Under the pieces are notes generated by a model. That model had not been told where the DNA came from, did no database searches, and saw only the letters and a list, made by a program, of their open reading frames with translations. From Minisyncoccia bacterium (GTDB taxonomy: Bacteria; Patescibacteriota; Minisyncoccia; Phycocordibacterales; UBA918), in assembly GCA_041742075.1 (NCBI GenBank), contig JBGSJJ010000015.1:65132-129131 (forward strand): a stretch of DNA of 64,000 nt, written 5' to 3'. A program made the translations under genes and the position numbers. Below are positions 56,311 through 64,000 of the stretch, one piece after another (the first letter of the stretch is position 1; each line of letters opens with the position of its first letter).

Positions 56311-57648
56311 TTATGAGGCTTTAAGGGGTGCCAAACTAAGGGCACTTTCAATGGCATCTCGATACGCCACCTTAAACACTTCTGGGTCTTCATGAAGACG
56401 ATCTTTTATCGTCGTGCGAGCGTTGTGGGCAAACTGCACCCGGGTACCATTATTATTTAGAAACTTGGAGAGTTTCTGTGAAAATTCAATCGTGTCGTCT
56501 TTATCGCATAAAAACGCATTTTCTTCATCTGTAAAAACGTCATTTCGAAGGTCAGTCCGCGCCGCCAAAATAGGCAGACCAACCGCAGCTGCCTTAATCA
56601 CAATTTCTTCACTTTCTGGAGTTACGTCGGTACAGACAAGTAAATTGGCCGAGCGCATATACGAGATCACATCTACACTAGCCGGTTCAAAAATAAGCTG
56701 TTCGTTTATTCCAAAAATATTAGCCCGATTTTGGAACTCTTTTTTCATCGGTCCATCACCGATGACTACAAGTGCAATGGCTGGTGAGCGTAGTATAGTC
56801 CGTGAGGCGTCAATCGCTCTGAAAAGAGTACTGTCATGGTTAAGTGTCCCGACAAAGAGCGCAATGAATTTAAAGCGCGCTAACTTTGCTGGCTTAACTG
56901 TTTGCTCTCTGGTTTCTGAAAGAATCGCTTTAATGTTGTAGTACCGTGGCAGTAGCAACGGTTCTTTTAAGTGAGCAAAATTTTTCTTCACTTTCTCTTT
57001 AATACTTTGCGAAGTAACACAAATACTCTCCGTTTGCTTAAGTACATGTCGTGACAACCGTAAGAGCATTTTGGCATGGGGTCGAGAGTACAAAAATGAC
57101 TCGGAAAATATATCTTCTAACAGATGCACTTGAAACGGTCGCTGATACTTCTCTGATAACTTTAAGCCGATGTACCCAGCCTCAAAAGGATCAAGTGCCA
57201 CAATAATGTCCGGACGGAACCCATCAGTGAACTCGAGTTGTTTTTTCATCAGCTCTTCCGCAACGGTGAGCATTTGCCACCAATGACTGGCGGTTGCGCC
57301 ATAGACAAAGACTCGATCAGCAATTTTATCGGTTAAAAAACGAGGTTTCCCCGCGCACTCTATCACCGCTATGTGTATCTCTTCAAACACGGCGTTAAGG
57401 GAGGCTAGTTTCTCTAAAAGCTCAGTTTGCGGGGCGAGCAAATTAACGTCAGTGGAAATAAACAAGACTCTTGATTTTGTTCGTCCAGTAGTTAAAGGTA
57501 GTGCTGGCCCTTGGCCCACTTGGGCAGTGTTAGTCAGCCCACTACGCAAGGTCTCGAGGGTACTATCCTCATTTAACACGTACTCCAAAATGTTTTCAGA
57601 TCGCGGAGCCGGACTAAATGTCTCTGGTTCACGCATAACATTGACCAT
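56311..57648 (-). CDS. GT4-like glycosyltransferase with degenerate motif
   Basis: LFVGTL, VIGDGP, KAAAVGLP at the usual EAMAxGxP position. Confidence 0.75.
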   Translation of the reverse strand: MVNVMREPETFSPAPRSENILEYVLNEDSTLETLRSGLTNTAQVGQGPALPLTTGRTKSRVLFISTDVNLLAPQTELLEKLASLNAVFEEIHIAVIECAGKPRFLTDKIADRVFVYGATASHWWQMLTVAEELMKKQLEFTDGFRPDIIVALDPFEAGYIGLKLSEKYQRPFQVHLLEDIFSESFLYSRPHAKMLLRLSRHVLKQTESICVTSQSIKEKVKKNFAHLKEPLLLPRYYNIKAILSETREQTVKPAKLARFKFIALFVGTLNHDSTLFRAIDASRTILRSPAIALVVIGDGPMKKEFQNRANIFGINEQLIFEPASVDVISYMRSANLLVCTDVTPESEEIVIKAAAVGLPILAARTDLRNDVFTDEENAFLCDKDDTIEFSQKLSKFLNNNGTRVQFAHNARTTIKDRLHEDPEVFKVAYRDAIESALSLAPLKAS

Positions 57649-57724
57649 ATACAGTTAAGTATAGCGTATATGCTCGTTAAACAGTGATACTATCTCACGC
57701 CCGCCTGTGTATGAAAGAGTTGCC

Positions 57725-58768
57725 CTACGCTCCACCCTGCACGATGTTCATAATAAACGCCGCCAGTTTGTTTGAGTCATGGCGAAGCAAGCTCCGTTTT
57801 AACTGATCACTGGGACCAGAGACTGTCACCACATCAGACAATAAGTCTCCGGTTAAAACTGGCACCGGTAAAACCGCTGTATCGTCAATTAGGGGTGTGT
57901 CCCCTTCTTCAAGATAGTGTTCGAGTATATCGGCTCGAAGTGGAGCACTATTTTTGAGCACCACATCAGGCATGCGAGTTGTATAGCGAGCGATTTCCCG
58001 CACGTGATCATTAATAGTCATGCCTCGGGTTTGTCCTGGTCTCGTCATAAGGTTGGCGACATAGACAATTTTTGCTTTTGATTGAGCAAAGGCCTCTGGC
58101 ACTCCCTGAATAACGCAATTAGCTAAGATACTTGAATACAAGTCTCCCGGTCCCAATACAATACAATCGGCCTCAACAATAGCTTCAAAAGCCTCGTCGT
58201 TGATTATTCCTACCGGACTCGTAAAGAGTGACGTAATCCGTCTATGCGCATACGCTGGCGGTGGAGCATCAATATTTGTCTCACCAATGACGGTAGTACG
58301 ATCATCGTACTCGGCCACCAGGTTTAGATTGTCCGCAGTAACGGGTATTACTGACCCTCGAATATTTAAAATATGGGATGCAACTTTTGTCGCTTCAATT
58401 TCGCTCCCTAAAATATCTGTCAGCGCCGTTAAAAATAAGTTTCCAAAATTATGCCCCGACAAACCTTCACCTTTGGCAAAGCGGTACATAAAAAGTTGGC
58501 GGACGATTTCTTCGTGATCGTCGTCATCACTGGCGAGCGCCACCAGAGCCATCCGCACGTCACCCACGGGCAAATACCCAAACTCATCTCGCAGTCGTCC
58601 GGTTGACCCGCCTGAGTCGGCCATGGTGACGACCGCTTTTATATCGAGACTACTGTGAAATTGCTTGAGTCCACGCAAAACAGTGTGGGTACCTGTCCCG
58701 CCTCCAATTACCACTATTTTCTTTTTTGTGGGCTTACGTAAGCGTTTCGTAGCCGTATGTTCATCCAT
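57725..58768 (-). CDS. yvcK: YvcK/GlmR (UPF0052) family protein
   Basis: IGGGTG, MADSGGSTGRLR, GHNFGN, GPGDLYSS, RHD. Confidence 0.9.
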   Translation of the reverse strand: MDEHTATKRLRKPTKKKIVVIGGGTGTHTVLRGLKQFHSSLDIKAVVTMADSGGSTGRLRDEFGYLPVGDVRMALVALASDDDDHEEIVRQLFMYRFAKGEGLSGHNFGNLFLTALTDILGSEIEATKVASHILNIRGSVIPVTADNLNLVAEYDDRTTVIGETNIDAPPPAYAHRRITSLFTSPVGIINDEAFEAIVEADCIVLGPGDLYSSILANCVIQGVPEAFAQSKAKIVYVANLMTRPGQTRGMTINDHVREIARYTTRMPDVVLKNSAPLRADILEHYLEEGDTPLIDDTAVLPVPVLTGDLLSDVVTVSGPSDQLKRSLLRHDSNKLAAFIMNIVQGGA

Positions 58769-58828
58769 CTGGTAACTCTAGTACAAGTACCTCATACAAA
58801 ACAACTAGACAAATTAAAAAAGTATCCC

Positions 58829-60277
58829 TCAAGCGTGATTTTTTACCTCTGTTGGTGATTTGGTGAGGAAAATAGCTCCTAAAACCAGCAAAACAAACAG
58901 TCCAAATACGATGAGTGGCGTTGTCTCGCGAGGGGCGGGTTCCTTAGTTACTGGCCTAGCAGAGCTCTCTTGAGGCGACTCAGCCTCGACTGTTGCTTCA
59001 ATTAGACTAGGCTGACTATCCGCACCATACACCGCGTCAGCATCTTTATGGGGTACGTACACTGGTTCAGTAGACGCTTCAGCTCTCGGCGTAAACGTAA
59101 AAAAGTCAGTTGCTTCTGCTTCTTGTTCTATACTAAGCAGTACTTCTTCGGGAACCACCTCAGTAGATACTTTGGCAGTATTATTTGTAGTAGCCACCAA
59201 CTGTCCTTCAGAGTCGTACAAAGCGACACTATCACCATAGGATGCCTGCAAACGATTTTTTGAGACCGTGATAGTACCCCTCGGCAGAAGCATGGTTCTG
59301 GGCGGGAAAATTACTGACTCAACTCCACGTAATCTAAAGCCTGAGAGTGGTACTTCGTACGGAGAATTATTATGCACCTGTACATCGCCAGCTGTATTTT
59401 GAGTCAAAGAAACCGTGACTGGTAGTACGGTAATTGTGACTCGCGCTATCTGTTCATGGCGCGCGTACGAAGCATAGACATTGACCGCGTATTCACCCGG
59501 ATAAAGAAACTGGTGCGTAACTTCTTTACCACTCTCACTATACCCATCACCAAAGTTCCAATTATATAAAAGCGAATGCAATATCGTATCGTTTGGCCCG
59601 GCCGGGGTTACTACAAACGGTATCTCTTGTCCCACATATGCAATCTCTGGGGCATCTATCACAAGTGCAAGTTCAGTATTTGCTCGTTCTAGTTTGAGCG
59701 TCTTCTTAGGTGGACGTAAAAGTACCCCTCCGCCAGATCGCACCAGAGGAGCTGTGGTGACTTCTTCTTCATCACTAGGTGTTGTCTCACTACCAACAGT
59801 TTTATTAGCACTGCCGGGTGTCGCTTCTGCCGTAATCCACTTCGTGCCACTATACTGAGCAGTTTCTTTGGTCGTATTATTGCCACCTATATTTTCCCAA
59901 TCGGTGCCACCAACCACTTGGTCAACAATGGTTTCATCGCCTGTACGCAAAGTAATCGTTGCGCCCGTATTTACAAGCGCACCCGTATAGGTGACAAACG
60001 GCGGGTTAGCAAGGTATACCCCGTCGCCGCGATTTCGCTCAAGTAGTACGTAGTCACCGGCCGGTATTTCACCAGCCAGCGCTATCGTAACACTCTCACC
60101 AACGGTAAGTTTCCAGCCAGCTAAAGAAACAGCGCTCGCATCGCTATTGTAAAGCTCAATCCACTCGTGATTCACGGACTCCACACTCCCCATCCACGCT
60201 ACCTCACTGACACTTACACCAGCATACGTAAGCGAGGGTAGTCCGAGAAACAGAGTGAGGAGGAGTAAGGCACGCAT
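58829..60277 (-). CDS. Lamin-tail-domain + PKD-domain surface protein with C-terminal TM anchor
   Basis: Signal peptide; SEVAW..EWIELYN...TPG (LTD); WNFGDG..HQFLYPGEY (PKD); C-terminal hydrophobic helix. Confidence 0.85.
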   Translation of the reverse strand: MRALLLLTLFLGLPSLTYAGVSVSEVAWMGSVESVNHEWIELYNSDASAVSLAGWKLTVGESVTIALAGEIPAGDYVLLERNRGDGVYLANPPFVTYTGALVNTGATITLRTGDETIVDQVVGGTDWENIGGNNTTKETAQYSGTKWITAEATPGSANKTVGSETTPSDEEEVTTAPLVRSGGGVLLRPPKKTLKLERANTELALVIDAPEIAYVGQEIPFVVTPAGPNDTILHSLLYNWNFGDGYSESGKEVTHQFLYPGEYAVNVYASYARHEQIARVTITVLPVTVSLTQNTAGDVQVHNNSPYEVPLSGFRLRGVESVIFPPRTMLLPRGTITVSKNRLQASYGDSVALYDSEGQLVATTNNTAKVSTEVVPEEVLLSIEQEAEATDFFTFTPRAEASTEPVYVPHKDADAVYGADSQPSLIEATVEAESPQESSARPVTKEPAPRETTPLIVFGLFVLLVLGAIFLTKSPTEVKNHA

Positions 60278-60289
60278 ACTAGAGAATAC

Positions 60290-62332
60290 TTACAGCAGTG
60301 GTGGTCTATCGTTCCCGGTTACACGCATCATTCGTTCTAGTTTTTTTGGTGACAAAGGATCATCGGCTATTTCGGAAGTTCGCTCATCACTTTTTGGTTC
60401 TATGGGTGGAGGCGGTACCAGCCTGTCTTCTACGACACTTGATTCTTCCGTCGGTGCTACTGGGGTTGGTTTTGTGGCGTCGCCAATTGCTTTAGCTAGA
60501 GCGTCTTTAAGACCAGTATCTGGTTTTACTGAATTTTTTTCTGCCCCCTCTGTCTCAGATGCAGTACTTTTGTGTACATTCGCTTTCTCGTTGGTAGCGG
60601 AATTATTTTGTGAGGTAATCGATTTTAAAATAGCGCGTAAGTCATCGACGCTCGTTTGCTTAGGTGGTTGCGTTACGTCCCGCTGTCGTTCTCCCTGCGG
60701 TGGTCTTGGAGTAGTTACGGAAGGAGTCGGCCTTCGGTCTGTGTCTCGAGCACTTTCTACTCGAGCCGGTCGTGCTACTTCTGGCGATAAAACTGGCTTA
60801 GTATCTTGGCCCTGTGGTCGCACTACTAAAGGAGTGCGCGACGTGTCTCCTTTTTCTCTCCCCTCTCCCGCTTTATTTCGGTTATCAGTAGCTTCTCCTC
60901 TCACTGCTCGACGATCGTGATTTTGAGTAGATTCTTCATACTTCCGGGCCGGCGTTTCTGGTCTTTCTAACCTCACTTCTCTTGGGGGTTGAACACTACC
61001 ATCTCCTGTAGGTGGCTTGCGTTCAACCACCGGTTTTGGCGTCGGTTTATGAAATTCCAAAATAAGCTCTTCCACTTCTGCCCGTGGCCGAGCAAACTGT
61101 TTTCGACTCTCGGCCACAATCATATCCCGGCACGACACACTGGCGCGTGGGATTGGTGGAAGCGTAGTGGCGGAAAATGGTGTTGAACCGATACCGTCAA
61201 TCATAAGCGTCAGGTAGACCTGCGCGAACCCAAGGTTCACAATGTCTGGTGCCAAAAACTTTGGCGTAAATATAGTCTCGAGTACCTCCGCGTCAAACGG
61301 ACCAACCCGAAACGCAATAATCGTTCCGACGTTACCAAACACGGCATTGCGCACCTCTTCTTCCATTTGCTCGATATACTGGTGAGCAATCGTTAGATTG
61401 AGTTTGTACTTTCTGGCTTCTGACAAAATGTCTGCAAAGGTAGCGTTTGCAAATGACTGAAACTCGTCAACGTAAAAGTAAAAGTTTGGCGCTGAGTCCA
61501 TTTGAGTTGGCGTCAGGTCGGCCCGACTCATGGCCGCGAGATAAATACGGGTCGTGAGCATTGAACCCAAAAGATTGGCATTACTCTCTCCCACCAAACC
61601 TTTAGAAAGATTCATGATAAGAATCTTTTTGTTATCCATGATGTCACGAATGTCAAAACTAGAATGGGGTTGCCCAACAATATTTCGGATAAGTGGGTTC
61701 GAGGTAAACTGCCCAATCTTGTTTTTAATCGCATCACCCGCCTCCTGCATGTAGCGCTCGTTGTACTTTAAAAACTCATCAACCCAAAAAGACTTTACTG
61801 AAGGGTCTTTAATGTTGTCTATGACCGCCTTACGATAATCCTTATCGGAGAGCATGCGATTCACGCCAAGCAGGGTCGAATTTGGATACTCGAGAAGTGC
61901 CAAAAGCGTATTTGAAAGAATATACTCCATACGGGCTGACCAGGCGTCTATCCAGATTTTTTTGAACACAGACATGAGGCCCGACACCACCAAGTGGCGC
62001 CGGTCTGGACCGACGTCTTCCATGACATTAAAAGAAACCGGGCAATCCGTGTCAAACGGAGCAAAATAAAGCACATCCTTCTTGCGCTCTTCCGGAATGT
62101 AGTTAAGCAGGGTTTCCGCTGTCTGTCCGTGCGGGTCGATAAACGCGAGACCATTACCATTTCGGATATCCTGGACAGCCATATTCTCAAGGAGCGTGGA
62201 CTTACCCATACCAGTCTTCCCGATGACATACACATGCCGAGTCCTATCTTTCGCCTTAATACCAAAAGGCACATTGTTACCACGCGAATCGGTCTTGGCA
62301 AAAAAAGTAATCTGTTCAGGGTCGTATAGCAT
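60290..62332 (-). CDS. VirD4/TraG/TrwB-like coupling-protein ATPase with long disordered tail
   Basis: HVYVIGKTGMGKST (Walker A), IDPHG, YVDEFQ (Walker B), SEARKY, AHQY, GNVGT. Confidence 0.88.
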   Translation of the reverse strand: MLYDPEQITFFAKTDSRGNNVPFGIKAKDRTRHVYVIGKTGMGKSTLLENMAVQDIRNGNGLAFIDPHGQTAETLLNYIPEERKKDVLYFAPFDTDCPVSFNVMEDVGPDRRHLVVSGLMSVFKKIWIDAWSARMEYILSNTLLALLEYPNSTLLGVNRMLSDKDYRKAVIDNIKDPSVKSFWVDEFLKYNERYMQEAGDAIKNKIGQFTSNPLIRNIVGQPHSSFDIRDIMDNKKILIMNLSKGLVGESNANLLGSMLTTRIYLAAMSRADLTPTQMDSAPNFYFYVDEFQSFANATFADILSEARKYKLNLTIAHQYIEQMEEEVRNAVFGNVGTIIAFRVGPFDAEVLETIFTPKFLAPDIVNLGFAQVYLTLMIDGIGSTPFSATTLPPIPRASVSCRDMIVAESRKQFARPRAEVEELILEFHKPTPKPVVERKPPTGDGSVQPPREVRLERPETPARKYEESTQNHDRRAVRGEATDNRNKAGEGREKGDTSRTPLVVRPQGQDTKPVLSPEVARPARVESARDTDRRPTPSVTTPRPPQGERQRDVTQPPKQTSVDDLRAILKSITSQNNSATNEKANVHKSTASETEGAEKNSVKPDTGLKDALAKAIGDATKPTPVAPTEESSVVEDRLVPPPPIEPKSDERTSEIADDPLSPKKLERMMRVTGNDRPPLL

Positions 62333-62662
62333 CTTGTTCAGTATACCAAACCCTTACTCACAACACTGCACTATTACGTATGAGGTGCTAACAAGTAAAA
62401 ATTTTGTAGGTTTGCGTGTAGAAAGATTAATTTCGAGTTGGTGTGAATAATACTTTGCTGGAACTAACAAAACCCTTAATCGTATGCCTCATTTTTTGGA
62501 AAAATTTTTTGTTGTATAGTTTGTAGTTACCAGTTCAGTTATTACTCCGCGTACATTAGCTGCTCTAAAGAGCTGGGTGCGGTCGTCACCGAAGAGACTA
62601 GGGACAAAGACGGCTATGGTATGTGTTTGGTGACACATATACAAGTTCAGAGTCTTTATATG

Positions 62663-62683
62663 TGCTGGAGATGCGGGCATCGA
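62663..62683 (-). other. Degenerate tmRNA/tRNA 3'-end-like motif (possible att scar)
   Basis: - strand TCGATGCCCGCATCTCCAGCA resembles a T-arm/acceptor end (TCGAnTCCC..TCTCCACCA); no 5' half present. Confidence 0.35.
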
Positions 62684-62745
62684 GATATTGTATCGAATAT
62701 TTGGGTATCGGGGGGGGTAGGGATCACTTTACCACCACCGCTACA

Positions 62746-63999
62746 CTAATATGTCCCGTTACTTGGAAATGGCCTAGGCATCCTTGACCAGTGACTATCA
62801 GCACGAACTGTACCAGGGGCTGGAAGAACGAAAACACCACCACCGCTACAGGTATAGACATCACCAGTGGTTGGATGGACAGCCATCTCTCGATTTGCTG
62901 CCGTAACTGGTGAGTTACCAGTAATGTCTTCCCATGTTATAGCCGTGAAGGTGGCATTAAACGTTCCCCGCCAGACCATTGACTTACCAAATGCCCGCGC
63001 GTAGAAGTAAAATCGACGCGGCTCCAGCGTACACCATGCACCACTTGCTGCAAGAATCGGGAGCACATTGTTCCATCCACTACTCGCGTATGCGTTTGCA
63101 AGTCGTAACTCTAATTTTATAGACGCACTCGCTTCGCCTTGTAGCAACACTAAATCACCGCTATTACTAGTTGTGATAGCATAATTATCATTATGAGGAG
63201 AAACCCAGAAAAAAGGTTTGTCTTTTCCGCCTCGGTTTGGTGGATTGCCGGTGTACCACGTTGTCCAACTTACACCACCATCAGTTGAGCGATCAAACTT
63301 TTCATAGTTAGACGTAGCCCAAGTAACACTTCCCCGTTGACCAGACACACCACAGGCGGTACGACCACCACCCATTAACGACCAGCTGTCGCCAGCATTA
63401 TTCGATCGGAAGAGACCAGCGTACACTTGATTTGAGTTTGCTGGAGACACATACACAGTTGGAGTAGGATTTGCACTCGGCATACGAACAACCCAACTAG
63501 GTGCTAAATCTCCATTAGCAGCTCTATCACGTGTCAAAATAATTTGTCTAGAACCATAGTCACCAATTGCCAAAATGGCGCGACCGCGCTTTGCAACTGG
63601 AACTTCGGTTGCATTCTGAGGAATCAAACCAACCGCAACTCCGCTAAACGTCCCTCCGACAACTGAATTAAATTGATTTTTAATTGAATCACTGAGTTTC
63701 GCCTCAAGTAGTGTGTCTGGCAAATTATTTGTGTGTGCACACTGAACATCGTTTAGAGCCATAAGCATTCGGTTTGGACTGCTTCTATCAAAAGCTACGC
63801 CGAGTGAGAACATCCCTCCAAAGCCAGCTCCACTGACAAACCAGTCAGCACCGCGATTATTTGTAATCCACATTTGTCCATAACCAAAGGCTGAGGCTGT
63901 TTGAACGTTCGTTTGACTAGCTCGAAATTGTGACTGCCCTTTTCCTGTAAAGCTCACCCAGTGCTGATTGTAGTCAAGACCACTTGCTGGTGGATTAAT
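62746..63999 (-). CDS. BNR/Asp-box beta-propeller protein, 5' end outside window
   Basis: Frame stays open to the window edge; Asp-boxes TNNRGADW, RSNNAGDSW, RSTDGGVSW. Confidence 0.75.
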   Translation of the reverse strand: MNPPASGLDYNQHWVSFTGKGQSQFRASQTNVQTASAFGYGQMWITNNRGADWFVSGAGFGGMFSLGVAFDRSSPNRMLMALNDVQCAHTNNLPDTLLEAKLSDSIKNQFNSVVGGTFSGVAVGLIPQNATEVPVAKRGRAILAIGDYGSRQIILTRDRAANGDLAPSWVVRMPSANPTPTVYVSPANSNQVYAGLFRSNNAGDSWSLMGGGRTACGVSGQRGSVTWATSNYEKFDRSTDGGVSWTTWYTGNPPNRGGKDKPFFWVSPHNDNYAITTSNSGDLVLLQGEASASIKLELRLANAYASSGWNNVLPILAASGAWCTLEPRRFYFYARAFGKSMVWRGTFNATFTAITWEDITGNSPVTAANREMAVHPTTGDVYTCSGGGVFVLPAPGTVRADSHWSRMPRPFPSNGTY

Positions 64000-64000
64000 A

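Noticed and set aside
60255-60920. 221-aa + strand ORF opposite the ATPase tail
   Set aside because: Antisense shadow of a low-complexity P/E/R/T-rich region.
62710-62717. G8 homopolymer
   Set aside because: Intergenic and downstream of a gene; no evident promoter or coding consequence.

Overview
Chromosomal window from what looks like a Patescibacteria/CPR (Parcubacteria-like) genome. This is inferred from the protein families and the mostly SD-less gene starts; standard genetic code. Left (1-12 kb, - strand): a surface-structure locus made of a membrane-anchored HTH gene, a ~290-nt structured non-coding element, a second membrane-anchored HTH gene, a 2768-aa repetitive fibre-like protein with a putative autocleaving chaperone domain, and a secreted protein that runs off the window and is missing from the ORF track. 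12-23 kb: gatB, obgE, a YvlD/4-TM holin-family gene, secA, a 55-aa histone-H1-like gene missed by the ORF track, murB, a Wzy_C/O-antigen-ligase-like TPR protein and two ORFans. 23-58 kb: a large mosaic glycan cluster with gmd/fcl, a BcbE/F/G-like module, Wzx, rfbF/rfbG, an RfbH/ColD-like and a YerE-like enzyme, GT2/GT4/GT10/GT11/GT-D transferases, methyltransferases and galE. It is interrupted by small accessory genes (RelE/YafQ-type TA pair, HD, Dabb, DUF218-like). Right end: yvcK, a lamin-tail/PKD surface protein, a lone VirD4/TraG-like ATPase, a degenerate tmRNA/tRNA-3'-end-like motif and a partial Asp-box beta-propeller gene. I saw no rRNA, intact tRNA, CRISPR array, integrase or transposase. 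Best candidates for an undescribed system: (i) the HTH-TM / structured RNA / giant fibre locus, and (ii) a possible protein O-glycosylation system linking the Wzy_C-TPR transferase, the glycan cluster and the A-[ST]-[ST]-[ST]-rich fibre. All family calls are motif recognition by eye, not database searches.
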